Below are positions 29,398-39,721 of a DNA stretch of 64,000 nucleotides, piece by piece (positions within the stretch are counted from its first letter, which is position 1; the number at the start of each line of letters is the position of its first letter). This DNA is from an uncultured Verrucomicrobiae bacterium (GTDB lineage: Bacteria; Verrucomicrobiota; Verrucomicrobiia; Limisphaerales; UBA11358), in assembly GCA_963738225.1 (NCBI GenBank), contig CAVTVR010000001.1:7531-71530 (forward strand). The letters are read 5' to 3'. The position numbers and the translations under genes were made by a program. Under the pieces are notes generated by a model. It saw only the letters and a list, made by a program, of their open reading frames with translations, was not told where the DNA came from and made no database searches.

Positions 29398-30227
29398 CCG
29401 AGCATCCGTTTGGCTTTGAGGTTGAAGTTGATGATGTAAGTGCGTTCCTTGTCCGTCGAGCCATCCGGGAACGGCGCGATTTCAGGAACGCGATCCAAAG
29501 TTTTTTGCACCGAGCGATCCACACTCGCGTCGCCGGACGGCCCGACGATGTGCGCGGAAATCACCCGGCCATCATTGGCGATGGTGACGCTGACCTTCAC
29601 GTTGGCGTCGTCGCTGGCCGTGTCATCCGGTGGAATCCAGGCCTGCGTATAAACGCTTTTGACGATGGTGGCGTAATTTGCATAAGCCGCCGTGCTGTCG
29701 CCGGGCATGTCAACCGAGGTGGACGACGAGGAATTTTCCTTGATGGCGCGGGCCGCGTCGCGAATCGCCTTGAGTCGCGAATCGCGCACGCGTTTGGCAT
29801 TCGCCGCCTTTTCCGCTTCGGCGGCGGAGTTGTCCATAGCCTTGGGCTTTTCATGTTTGACAACGGTCATGTCCGGCTTGATGACATGCTCTTTCAACTT
29901 CGGCTTGGGTTCGGGAATTTCCGCCGGCTTGTTCTCCTCCGGCGGCTGAACCGGCTCAACCGGTTTCACCGCCGGCTGCGGCGGTTCCGGCGTGGATTGC
30001 GGCGATGGTTCCACCGGTTTGACCGCAGGTGCGGGCGGCGGCGGTTTTGCGCCTTTCACGCCGCTGTTGAACGCGGCGTCAATCAAGTTTGCTGGAATCA
30101 CGTCCAGCACTTGCGAATCGTCCGCCTTCGGTTTTGACGCGATGAAGCCGGAGCACAGCACCGCCACGACCACCAGCAGATGCGTGCCGGCGGCGGCGAT
30201 GAGACATTTTTTTTGCAGCCGGTTCAC
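29394..30227 (-). CDS. TolA/TonB-like energy-transducer protein
   Basis: N-terminal TM segment LIAAAGTHLLVVVAVL, a Pro-rich spacer (KPPPPAPAVKPVEPSPQSTPEPPQPAVKPVEP) and a C-terminal TonB_C-like domain. The start is taken at GTG 30227, just after the exbD/tolR stop. Confidence 0.65.
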   Translation of the reverse strand: MNRLQKKCLIAAAGTHLLVVVAVLCSGFIASKPKADDSQVLDVIPANLIDAAFNSGVKGAKPPPPAPAVKPVEPSPQSTPEPPQPAVKPVEPVQPPEENKPAEIPEPKPKLKEHVIKPDMTVVKHEKPKAMDNSAAEAEKAANAKRVRDSRLKAIRDAARAIKENSSSSTSVDMPGDSTAAYANYATIVKSVYTQAWIPPDDTASDDANVKVSVTIANDGRVISAHIVGPSGDASVDRSVQKTLDRVPEIAPFPDGSTDKERTYIINFNLKAKRMLG

Positions 30228-30246
30228 GGTCTGAAATCCGGGGTTT

Positions 30247-30663
30247 TCATTTTGGCGTCGGGTCGGTGCGCAGAGAGTAGCGCTTGATGTTGTTCTTCTG
30301 GCAGCCGTCAATCAACTGCGCGACCAAATCGTAACGACATTCCTTGTCGGCGCGGATATAAACAACGAGATTTTCATTGCCGCGATATTCCTGCGCGAGC
30401 TGCCGGATAAGTTGCGGCAACGGCATCTGTCTGGATTCATATTTGTAGTAGCCGGTGCTGGAAATTTCGACGGTGCGAATGTCATTTTTGCTTAATTTTT
30501 TGTCCGGCTGGCCGCCGCGCGGCAGATTCAACTCGATGCTCTGCGTCAACAACGGCGTGGTGATGATGAAAATGATGAGCAGCACAAACGCCAAATCCAG
30601 CAGTGGCGTGATGTTGATGTCGCTCAACGTCACCAGCGAATTGCGTTGGGAAAAGCGGCGCAT
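30247..30663 (-). CDS. tolR: Biopolymer transport protein ExbD/TolR
   Basis: INITPLLDLAFVLLIIFIITTPLL... The start is taken at MRRFSQRN. Confidence 0.8.
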   Translation of the reverse strand: MRRFSQRNSLVTLSDINITPLLDLAFVLLIIFIITTPLLTQSIELNLPRGGQPDKKLSKNDIRTVEISSTGYYKYESRQMPLPQLIRQLAQEYRGNENLVVYIRADKECRYDLVAQLIDGCQKNNIKRYSLRTDPTPK

Positions 30664-30673
30664 GTTTTTATTT

Positions 30674-30769
30674 AGCCACAGATGGGCACAGATGGGCACA
30701 GATGTTTCCGAATCCGAAAATTTCTGGTTTTGTTTTTAATCTGTGTTTCATCTGTGTGCATCTGTGGCT
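30674..30769. repeat. Long imperfect hairpin of ATCTGTG-type decamer repeats filling the tolQ-tolR intergenic region
   Basis: The left arm is agccacagatgggcacagatgggcacagatg (30674-30704). The right arm is aatctgtgtttcatctgtgtgcatctgtggct (38-nt spacer away, at 30738-30769). About 18 of the outer 20 positions are complementary. Confidence 0.8.
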
Positions 30770-31498
30770 TTATTCCTCTCCTAAAAATTCCGTTTCCATT
30801 TTGGAAACCAGTTCCTGCGCGAAATTGTCCAACTCGACCGTGAACGCGCGCAGGTTGTGAACGAGCCAGTTGTAGCCGAACATCGAGGGAATCGCCACCA
30901 GCAGGCCCGCGACGGTCGTCACCAGCGCGGCGGAAACACCCGGCGCCATCACCGCCAGCGTCGCGCCCTGCGGCGACTGCGCGATGCCGGCGAACGTGCT
31001 CATCACGCCCCAAACCGTGCCGAGCAGCCCCATGAACGGCGCGCCGCTCACCGCAATGGCCAGCAGGATCAGGCCGGATTCCAATTTCAAACTTTCTTTG
31101 GCGACGACGTTTTCGATGGCGCGCTTGATGTGCTCCATGTTCTTCAGACTGATCTGCTGTTTGGCACGTTCACCCGTCGGCCCGCGCAGACGCGAATCGA
31201 GCTGCGAACAGCCGGCCTGATAAACCGCGTAAAGCGGACAACCTTCGACTTCCAGCTTGCGGTCGAACATTTCCAGCACCGTTTTCTGCGAGGTAAATTC
31301 CTCGGCGAACAGCGCGTTTAACTTCCGCGCCCGCCGCATCTGGATGACTTTGAAAATCATCATCCACCAGACTGCGATGGAGCCAAAGAACAGCAGGACG
31401 ATGATGACCTTGGCTTCCGGTCTCGCCTGATCCCAAACGTAAAGCAGCTCCACCTGTTGGGTGGCGGCTGCGATGAGTGCAAAAGGTAACCCGCTCAT
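30770..31498 (-). CDS. tolQ: MotA/TolQ/ExbB proton channel protein
   Basis: LESGLILLAIAVSGAPFMGLLGTVWGVMSTF...VSAALVTTVAGLLVAIP. Only the last 243 aa of ORF 30770-32941 are credible. Confidence 0.85.
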   Translation of the reverse strand: MSGLPFALIAAATQQVELLYVWDQARPEAKVIIVLLFFGSIAVWWMMIFKVIQMRRARKLNALFAEEFTSQKTVLEMFDRKLEVEGCPLYAVYQAGCSQLDSRLRGPTGERAKQQISLKNMEHIKRAIENVVAKESLKLESGLILLAIAVSGAPFMGLLGTVWGVMSTFAGIAQSPQGATLAVMAPGVSAALVTTVAGLLVAIPSMFGYNWLVHNLRAFTVELDNFAQELVSKMETEFLGEE

Positions 31499-31705
31499 AA
31501 AAATCAAAACTTGGTGGTGAGGAACCGGTTTTAGGCCAAGTGGCGGAACTCCGAGCTTTCGTCCGCCGACGCAAATTATCAATCCGCGCGGCAAAAAATG
31601 CAAAATCTTTTTGCGCAAAAATGAAGCCGCTTGGCGCGAGGGCACAGAACAGAAAACGGCGATTATTCTCTTTTGCAAATCCGCACTGGAGATTAGCCTC
31701 AACTC

Positions 31706-33293
31706 ATGGCTGCCACGAAGATCAAACTCAAGCCCGTCAAGCTTTCCGCCCAGCACGCCGTCGTTGATCCGCGTCACGCGCCCGTCGTCCCGCTCAATGA
31801 CCGCCGCCTGAACTTCGGCAACAAATGGGATTACGCGCCCGCGCCGGAGGAATCGAAAAATTACGTCATCGCGCCGCGACACGAATTGTTCATCAACGGC
31901 AAATTTGTTGCGCCGCATTCGGGAAAGTATTTTGACACGATCAATCCCGCCACCGAGGACAAGATCACCGAAATCGCGCTCGGCGACGCCGAGGATGTGG
32001 ACATCGCAGTCAAGGCCGCGCGGCGCGCTTACGAAAAAGTCTGGAGCAAAATGCCCGGCCGCGAGCGCGGCAAATATCTTTACCGCATCGCCCGCATCAT
32101 CCAGGAAAAATCGCGCGAACTCGCCGTGCTCGAAACGATGGACGGCGGCAAGCCCATCAAGGAAACGCGCGACGTGGATTTGCCCATCGTCGCCGCGCAT
32201 TTTTTTTATCACGCCGGCTGGGCGGACAAGTTGCAATACGCTTTTCCCGGCCGCACGTCCGCGTCCGCTGGGCGTCGCGGGCCAGATCATTCCGTGGAAT
32301 TTCCCGCTGCTGATGGCCGCGTGGAAAATCGCGCCGGCGCTCGCCTGCGGCAACACCGTCGTCATCAAGCCGTCCAAGACCACCAGCCTCACGCTCGTGC
32401 GGCTCGCGCAGATTTTCCAGGAGGCGGAATTGCCGGAAGGCGTCGTCAACGTCGTCACCGGCACCGGCGACACCGGCACGGCCATCGTCAAACATCCGGA
32501 CGTGAACAAAATTGCGTTCACCGGCTCGACGGAAATCGGCAAGCAGCTCGCGGCAATCGTGGCTGCGACGCCCTCGTCGCAAGACGGGCGACGTGGCGGC
32601 ACGGCCACAAGCGCATCACGCTCGAACTCGGCGGCAAGGCGGCGAACATCGTGTTCGAGGACGCGCCGATTGACCAGGCCATCGAAGGCATCATCGCCGG
32701 AATTTATTTCAACATGGGCCACGTCTGTTGCGCCGGCTCGCGGCTGCTCGTGCAGGAAAGCATTTATCCGAAAGTCGTGAAAAAATTGCGCGACCGCATC
32801 CAGACGCTGCGCATCGGCAATCCGCTGGACAAAAACACCGACATCGGCGCGATCAACAACAAGCCGCAGCTCGAAAAAATCCGCGAACTCGTCCAGAGCG
32901 GCGCGGACGAAGGCGCGGAAGTGGTGCAGACCCGTGTGCAAATTGCCGGAGCGCGGCTACTGGTATCCGCCGACGTTTCTGACCGGCGTCACCGCATCGC
33001 ATCGCGTGGCGCAGGAGGAAATTTTCGGGCCGGTGTTGAGCGTGATGACGTTCCGCACGCCGGAGGAGGCGGTCGAACGCGCGAACAACACGCCCTACGG
33101 TTTGAGCGCCGGCGTGTGGACGGACAAGGGCAGCAAGATTTTCAAGATCGTGAACCAGCTCCGCGCCGGCGTCGTCTGGGCGAACACCTACAACAAATTC
33201 GACCCGACGAGTCCGTTCGGCGGCTACAAGGAAAGCGGCTTCGGTCGCGAAGGCGGAATTCAAGGGCTGGCGGCGTATTGCAGGTTGGATTGA
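31706..33293 (+). pseudogene. NAD(P)-dependent aldehyde dehydrogenase; three frame disruptions (near 32258, 32580 and 32925)
   Basis: [78 protein letters not shown]. The frames run 2>0>2>0. Confidence 0.85.
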
Positions 33294-33331
33294 GCTTTAC
33301 GAAAGAATTTGCCTTGGTTGAATGTGTAGCC

Positions 33332-36026
33332 ATGCACTCCATTCGTTCAACCAAAAATGTCGCCTGTCTTTTTGCGGGCCTGTTTTTTTGCTTCCAGCTT
33401 TCCGCGCAAGATGTCGGCGCGCCGGTGAATCTCGCCGTGGTGGCGACGCCGGCGAGTTCCTATGTTTCCGGTGACACGTCGCTGGCGGCGCTCAACGACG
33501 GTTTCACGCCGCGCAATTCCCGCGACAATCGCCGCGGCAGCTACGGCAACTGGCCGCAGACCGGCACGCAATGGGCGGAATACGACTGGAGCCAGCCGAT
33601 CAGCACGAAACAGATTGAAGTGTATTGGTGGGACGATCATCAGGGCGTGCGGCTGCCGAAAGCGTGCCGCGTGAAATTTTGGGACGGAAATAATTTCATC
33701 GCCATCACCAATGCCAGCGGCCTCGGAATTGACGCCGACAAATTCAACGTCACGACGTTCCCCGAAATCACGACCGCGAAGCTGCGGCTGGAAATGGACG
33801 GTAGCGAAAAATTTTCCACCGGCATTTTGGAGTGGCGCGTGCTGGATTCCGGCAGGTCGCCGGAATTTCCGCCGCGCGTCAACGCCGGCGTGGATCGCGA
33901 CGTGATGCTCGGCGGCAAAACGTATTTGTCCGGCACGGTGAAATTCTTGAAATCGAATTCCCCGGCGAAAGTTTCGTGGAGCAAGGAATCCGGGCCGGGC
34001 CGCGTGAAATTTGAAGACGTGCATGCCAAGGTAACAACCGCGACCTTTTCCAAGCCGGGCGATTACGTTTTGAAAATGACCGTCGGCGGGGGCAAATTGA
34101 GCCGCAGTCTTCCACGCTCAAAGTGAAGGTGGTGGCCCCGCCGCCGGCGCAACCGGCTCGACGTCGTCTACACCAAGCCCTACCAAATCAACAGTCCGCT
34201 GTGGAACGCTCGCGCGAAGGCGCTCATCGTGAACTGGATTCCGCATTGCATTGACGAAATCAACAGCACGAACATTCCGCGCGGCCACGGCGACGGCGGC
34301 ATTGATAATTTTATCGAGGCGGCCAAGGCGTTGCGCGGCGAGCCGCACGCGCCGCAGCGCGGTTACGTTTTTGCGAACGCGTGGGTGCATCAAACCGTCG
34401 AGAGCATGTGCATCGCGCTGATGGTGGATCCGCAGGGCGACCCGGACATCATCGCCGCGCAGGAAAAAATGAAGGCGACGCTGGAGGATTGGATTCCGAA
34501 AATTCTTGCCGCGCAGGAACCGGACGGCTATTTGCAAACCGCCTACACGCTCGCCGACCGCAAGCAATGGCCGACGCGCTGGAACCCGGCGCAGCGCGGC
34601 AATCACGAGGGCTACGTCGCGGGTTATTTCATCGAGTCGGCCATCAATCATTACACGCTCACCGGCGGCTCGGACAAACGGCTTTACAACGCGGCGAAAA
34701 AACTTGCCGATTGCTGGGTGGCGAACATCGGGCCGGGCAAAAAGGAATGGTATGACGGCCACGAGGAAATGGAGCAGGGCTCGTGCGCTTCGGTCGTTTC
34801 GTGAACGACATGGAGGGCCACGGTCGCGGCGACAGTTACATCGCGCTTGCGAAATTTTTGCTCGATTGCCGGGGCCGGCACGGCGGTTCGGATTACGACC
34901 AGACCCAGTCGCCGGTGCAGCAGCAATACGAGGCCGTGGGCCACGCGGTGCGCGCGGCGTATCTGTTCTCCGGCATGGCGGACGTCGCGGCGGAAACGCA
35001 TGATCCCGGATTATCAAAGCGCGGTGATGTCGCTTTGGGACAATCTGATCAATAAAAAGTATTACGTCACCGGCGGCATCGGCAGCGGCGAAACCTCCGA
35101 GGGTTTTGGTCGCAAATTATTCGTTGCGCAACGAGGCTTACTGCGAGGCTTGCTCGAGCTGCGGCGAGATTTTCTTCCAGTGGAAAATGAACCTCGCCTA
35201 CCACGACGCGAAATACGCCGATCTTTACGAGGAGACGATGTATAACGCGCTGCTTGGTTCCACGGATTTGGTCGGCAAGAATTTTTATTACGACAATCCG
35301 CTCGTTGAAGACAAGCCGCGCTACCCGTGGCACGTCTGTCCGTGCTGCGTCGGCAACATCCCGCGCACGCTGCTGATGATCCCGACCTGGACTTACGCAA
35401 AGAGCCACGACGGGATTTACGTCAACTTGTTTATCGGCAGCACAATCAACGTCGAGCACGTCGCCGGCACGGATGTTCAGATGGTGCAAAAAACGGATTA
35501 TCCGTGGAGCGGCAAGGTCGCCATCACGGTCAACCCGAAACAACCGGAGAAATTCACGGTGTTCGTGCGCGTGCCCAACCGCACCACGAGTGAACTTTAC
35601 ACGCCGACACCGGCGATCAGCGGATTAAAATCGCTGGCGGTGAACGGAAAAAACATTTCCGCGAAGATTGAAAACGGTTACGCCGCCATCACGCGCGAAT
35701 GGCAGGCCGGCGACAAAATCGAACTCGAACTGCCGATGGAAATTCAAGTGGTGAAAGCTGACGAACACATCGCCGCCGATCGCGGTCGCGTCGCGTTGCG
35801 CTACGGCCCGCTGATTTACAACGTCGAATCCGCCGACCAGCCGAATCTCAATCTCGCGCCGGATGCGAATTCGCTGACAACCGAATGGCGCGGCGATTTG
35901 CTCGGCGGCGTGATGGTCATCCAAGGCAAATGGAGCGACGGCAGCTCGCTGCTGGCGATTCCGAATTACGCCCGCGAAAATCGCGGCGCGCAAAAATCGC
36001 TGGTCTGGCTGAATGACAAAAATTGA
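33332..36026 (+). pseudogene. Glycoside hydrolase family 127 (beta-L-arabinofuranosidase/DUF1680-like) with N-terminal discoidin-like domain; five frame disruptions
   Basis: Signal peptide MHSIRSTKNVACLFAGLFFCFQLSAQ. Motifs GNHEGYVAGYFIESAINHY, YYVTGGIGSGETSEGFG, NEAYCEACSSCGEIFF and PWHVCPCCVGNIPR. The shifts are near 34105, 34160, 34775, 35010 and 35105. Confidence 0.8.
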
Positions 36027-36072
36027 TTCCGCGCCATTGCCCTTTGCCGAAGTTTCTGGTGAGATTGAAGCC

Positions 36073-36945
36073 ATGAGCGCACGACTCGACGTCAAAAAGA
36101 CTTACAAACTCTACATCGGCGGAAAATTCCCGCGGAGCGAAAGCGGACGCTGCTTGCCCGCGAAATCCGCGAAGGGCCAACACCTGGATAATTTCTCACA
36201 CGCCTCGCGCAAGGATTTCCGGGACGCGGTCGTGGCCGCGCGCACGGCGGTGGACGGTTGGAGCAAGGCGACGGCTTACAATCGCGGGCAGATTCTTTAT
36301 CGCGCCGCTGAGATGCTGCAAAACCGCGCCGGCGAACTGGTCAATGAAATTGCGCGCTCAACCAACATCAACGCGGCCAAGGCCAAACGCGAAGTGACGC
36401 TGGCGATTGACCGGCTGGTGCATTTCGCGGGCTGGACGGACAAATATCAGCAGGTGTTCGGCAGCGTGAACCCGGTGGCGTCGTCGCATTTTAATTTCAC
36501 CACGCCGGAGCCGACGGGCGTGGTCGTGGTGCTCGCGCCGGACGATCCAAGTTTACTCGCGCTGGTGTCGCTCGTTGCGCCGGTGATTTTGAGCGGCAAC
36601 GCGGCGATTGCCATCGTGTCCGATAAATTTCCGCTGCCCGCCGCGACGTTCGCAGAAATTCTGGCGACGAGCGATCTGCCCGGCGGTGTAATCAATATTT
36701 TGACCGGCAAGCGCGCCGAACTTGTCCCGCACATCGCGTCGCACATGGACGTGAATGCAATTGTGGATGGCGCGGGCGACGCGGAGTTGAGCGCGAAGTT
36801 GCAGGCGGGAACGGCGATCAATTTGAAGCGTTACTCAAAGCATTCGCTCGCGTCTGCCGACTGGTTCACCGCGATGGTGGAAAATCCCTATTGGATTCTG
36901 GAGACGATTGAATTCAAGACCGCGTGGCATCCGATTGGCGTTTGA
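36073..36945 (+). CDS. Short aldehyde-dehydrogenase-like protein (cofactor-binding half only, 290 aa)
   Basis: KTYKLYIGGKF...SRKDFRDAVVAARTAVDGWSK...RGQILYRAAEML...PTGVVVVLAPDD. The ALDH similarity stops before the catalytic Cys region. The ORF is intact. Confidence 0.65.
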   Translation: MSARLDVKKTYKLYIGGKFPRSESGRCLPAKSAKGQHLDNFSHASRKDFRDAVVAARTAVDGWSKATAYNRGQILYRAAEMLQNRAGELVNEIARSTNINAAKAKREVTLAIDRLVHFAGWTDKYQQVFGSVNPVASSHFNFTTPEPTGVVVVLAPDDPSLLALVSLVAPVILSGNAAIAIVSDKFPLPAATFAEILATSDLPGGVINILTGKRAELVPHIASHMDVNAIVDGAGDAELSAKLQAGTAINLKRYSKHSLASADWFTAMVENPYWILETIEFKTAWHPIGV

Positions 36946-37002
36946 TTTCGCAGCCGCCGACGTGAGGAGGCTCCAAATAAAAGCGGAAAGCGGAAAATAA
37001 TT

Positions 37003-37380
37003 TTACGCGACCAAAATCCGCGCCGGGTGGTTCGCTCGCGTATCCAACGTTGCCCATTTCATGCCGTGGGCGTGCGCAAGGTTGGCAAGATACCAGTCAG
37101 TTGTTTTGCTGGAACTCGGCGCGACTTCGCCTTGCAGGGCGCGGATGTCGGCAGGGACGAATTCGGGTTTTTCTTCGGCCAGAAAAATTTCCAGGACTTT
37201 GCGGGCGTCAGTCATGGTGACATTGAAGGCCGGGCTGGTGACGACGCGCAAAAATCCCAGTTCGGTGAAAGGACAGACCGCCAGCTTTTTTCCCGCCGCC
37301 CACGCTCGCGCTTTTGCGTGGTTGTCGTGTTCGCGCCAGAGCAAGGCGACGACGGTGGAAACGTCCAGCAGGTATTTCAC
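37003..37380 (-). CDS. vapC: PIN-domain toxin (VapC-like)
   Basis: MKYLLDVSTVVALLW... is a PIN N-terminal acidic motif; TELGFLRV is also present. 125 aa, with a 4-nt overlap with the upstream small gene. Confidence 0.75.
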   Translation of the reverse strand: MKYLLDVSTVVALLWREHDNHAKARAWAAGKKLAVCPFTELGFLRVVTSPAFNVTMTDARKVLEIFLAEEKPEFVPADIRALQGEVAPSSSKTTDWYLANLAHAHGMKWATLDTRANHPARILVA

Positions 37381-37619
37381 GGAAAATCCTCCAGCGCCTC
37401 TTGCACCTCCGCGTTGGTGATGGGCCGTCCGGACAGCAATGTTCTGCCACCGCGCTTGATGATGCGGGGACGGGCAGGTTCCGCCGGCACCAGCCGACGG
37501 AAGCGGATTTCGTGCTCGGAAATTTTTTCCACCTCGTAACGTTCGCGAGGTTTCACGAGGCCCTTCAATGCGCCGGGGCGGTAGCGGTCGTCAATCTGCG
37601 TGGTGTAGGTAACGCTCAT
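37377..37619 (-). CDS. Putative antitoxin partner of VapC
   Basis: An ORF of about 80 aa overlapping the vapC start, which is typical type II TA architecture. The family is not recognised. Confidence 0.55.
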   Translation of the reverse strand: MSVTYTTQIDDRYRPGALKGLVKPRERYEVEKISEHEIRFRRLVPAEPARPRIIKRGGRTLLSGRPITNAEVQEALEDFP

Positions 37620-37674
37620 GGTGGGAATCTCCCACAAACCGGCGGCGAGTCAAGCCAGTTCACGAATCACGCCG

Positions 37675-38610
37675 CTACGCCGGCTCAGGATTTTTCCCGC
37701 CGTTCACCAAAAATAAAACAGCCATGCGCACGGCGAGGCCGTTCGTGACCTGTTCCAAAATCACGGAGCGACCGCAGTCGGCAATCTCGCTATCAATTTC
37801 CACGCCGCGATTGATCGGGCCGGGGTGCATGATGAGCGCATCGGATTTGGTTCTCGCGAGCCGTGTTTGGTTCAGGCCGTAAAGCTGCGTGTATTCACCG
37901 ATGCTGGGGAACATCGTCTTGCGCTGGCGTTCGTGCTGGATGCGAAGCAGGTTGATTATGTCCGCGTCGCGGATGGCTTCGTCCACGTCGTGCGTCACGC
38001 GGCAGCCCATCTGTTCAAAAGTTTTCGGCACCAGCGTGGATGGCCCGCAGAGAGTGACGTTCGCGCCGAGTTTCGTCAGCGCCCAGATGTCCGAGCGCGC
38101 GACACGGCTGTAAAGGATGTCGCCGAGGATGGTGACGTTCAGCCCGGCGATTTTTCCTTTGTGTTCGCGGATGGTGAAGGCGTCGAGCATCGCCTGGGTG
38201 GGATGCTCATGCGCGCCGTCGCCGGCGTTGATAACGTGGGCGTCCAGCACGCGGGAGAGAAAATGCGGCGCGCCGCTGGCGCTGTGGCGGATGATGATGA
38301 AATCGGCGTTAAGCGCCTCCAGGTTCAGCGCGGTGTCCTTGAGCGTCTCGCCCTTTTTGAACGACGACGCCTCGGCGGAAAAATTGATGACGTCCGCGCT
38401 CAACCGGATGGCGGCCAGTTCAAAACTGGTGCGCGTGCGCGTGGACGGCTCGACGAACAAATTGACGACGGTCTTGCCGCGCAGCGCCGGAACTTTTTTG
38501 ATGGCGCGCTTGCCGACGGCCTTGAAGCTGCGCGCGGTGTCGAGCACGGTGGTGATTTCCTCCGCCGTGAGCGATTCGATGTCCAGCAGATGTTTTTGGT
38601 TCCAGCTCAT
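37675..38610 (-). CDS. pyrB: Aspartate carbamoyltransferase catalytic subunit
   Basis: [33 protein letters not shown]. Confidence 0.9.
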   Translation of the reverse strand: MSWNQKHLLDIESLTAEEITTVLDTARSFKAVGKRAIKKVPALRGKTVVNLFVEPSTRTRTSFELAAIRLSADVINFSAEASSFKKGETLKDTALNLEALNADFIIIRHSASGAPHFLSRVLDAHVINAGDGAHEHPTQAMLDAFTIREHKGKIAGLNVTILGDILYSRVARSDIWALTKLGANVTLCGPSTLVPKTFEQMGCRVTHDVDEAIRDADIINLLRIQHERQRKTMFPSIGEYTQLYGLNQTRLARTKSDALIMHPGPINRGVEIDSEIADCGRSVILEQVTNGLAVRMAVLFLVNGGKNPEPA

Positions 38611-38613
38611 ATT

Positions 38614-38686
38614 GGTTGAACGGTTAAATCGTTAAATTCTGGCGGCGGGAAGCGCGAACCCCATTCACCGATTTAACAGTTCAACC
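38614..38686 (-). promoter_or_regulatory. 18-bp-stem hairpin occupying the pyrR-pyrB intergenic region and ending 4 nt before the pyrB AUG
   Basis: ggttgaacggttaaatcg (38614-38631) is complementary to cgatttaacagttcaacc (38669-38686) at 17/18 positions. Confidence 0.6.
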
Positions 38687-38688
38687 AT

Positions 38689-39225
38689 TCAACGCTTCTT
38701 CAAAACCACCTCGTCCTGCGCTGCGCCGGCTTCGCTGAGCAGCAGGGAAATTTTTTCGTCCAGCGCCGTCGGCACGTTTTTGCCGATGAAATCCGCCTTG
38801 ATGGGCAGTTCGCGGTGGCCTCGGTCCACCAACACTGCGAGCTGGATTTTTTTGGGGCGGCCAAAATCATTCAGCGCGTCCATCGCGGCGCGCGTGGTGC
38901 GGCCGCTGAACAGCACGTCATCCACCAACACGACTGTTTTGCCGTTCACGTCGAAAGAAATATCCGTCGGATGCACGGTCGGCGCCATGCGTTGGTCCAA
39001 ATCGTCGCGGTGCAGCGTCGTGTCCAGGATGCCGAGAGGAACGGGATGGTTCCAGATGCCGGAAAGAATTTTCACGAGCCGCGCCGCCAGATGATCGCCG
39101 CCGACGGGAATGCCAATGAGCACGACCTCGGCGCTGTGCTCATTGCGCTCGGCGATCTCATGCGCGATGCGCGTGAGCGTGCGCTGGATGGCGGCGGCAT
39201 CAAGGACAACGGTGGCTTCAGGCAT
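38689..39225 (-). CDS. pyrR: Bifunctional pyrimidine operon regulator / uracil phosphoribosyltransferase PyrR
   Basis: VVLIGIPVGG, VVLVDDVLFSGRTTRAAMDAL (PRPP motif). Confidence 0.9.
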   Translation of the reverse strand: MPEATVVLDAAAIQRTLTRIAHEIAERNEHSAEVVLIGIPVGGDHLAARLVKILSGIWNHPVPLGILDTTLHRDDLDQRMAPTVHPTDISFDVNGKTVVLVDDVLFSGRTTRAAMDALNDFGRPKKIQLAVLVDRGHRELPIKADFIGKNVPTALDEKISLLLSEAGAAQDEVVLKKR

Positions 39226-39288
39226 AAAAAATCGCGAATCCGCTCCGCCGGAGGGAGCCGATGCGCGTGGTGCGTTTCGTTTTCATAA

Positions 39289-39325
39289 TTTCCTTCGCGG
39301 CCTCGCAGGGCGGCGTTAAAGGAAC
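39289..39325 (-). promoter_or_regulatory. PyrR-binding RNA motif (RF00515-like) in the pyrR leader
   Basis: The minus-strand RNA is UUCCUUUAACGCCGCCCUGCGAGGCCGCGAAGGAAAU. It has UUUAA plus CCUGCGAGGCCGCGAAGGA, compared with the Bacillus consensus CCAGAGAGGCUGAGAAGGA (15/19 from memory). The outer stem is UCCUU/AAGGA. Confidence 0.6.
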
Positions 39326-39349
39326 AAATTGCGTCCGTTCGGTGTCAGT

Positions 39350-39571
39350 TCAATTCGCGGCGGCGGTCTGGCGGTTTTTGCGCCAACTGGCGCGGTGCTT
39401 GATGATCCAGTCCGTCAAGGCCTGTTCAAAACCAATGTCCCGACCGGCCTTTTCCGATTCAATCCACTTGTGTTTGAGGATTTCTTCGCGTTCAGCCTGA
39501 AACTCGCGGTAGAGCGAAGAGTTTTTCAGCAGATCGTTCGCCGTGGAGGATTCTTTGGCAGCGTTCGGCAT
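39350..39571 (-). CDS. Small conserved hypothetical protein
   Basis: 73 aa, ...REEILKHKWIESEKAGRDIGFEQALTDWIIKHRASW. I cannot name the family. Confidence 0.5.
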   Translation of the reverse strand: MPNAAKESSTANDLLKNSSLYREFQAEREEILKHKWIESEKAGRDIGFEQALTDWIIKHRASWRKNRQTAAAN

Positions 39572-39721
39572 AGGTCAAATTTAATTGTAACAGTTAGGTT
39601 AATTCCAAGCGACAATTCCTGCAACAGAAATCGAAAGGCCTTGCGAATGCGCTGGCGGCTAAACGGCGATTGATTTCATTCCGGTTTCAGGCGAAGATGT
39701 CGTGCAATTAAGATTTCTATT

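Noticed and set aside
31499-32941. N-terminal 480 aa of the 723-aa minus-strand ORF 30770-32941
   Set aside because: Only the last 243 aa (TolQ/ExbB) are credible. The rest lies antisense to the aldehyde dehydrogenase gene and has no recognisable features.
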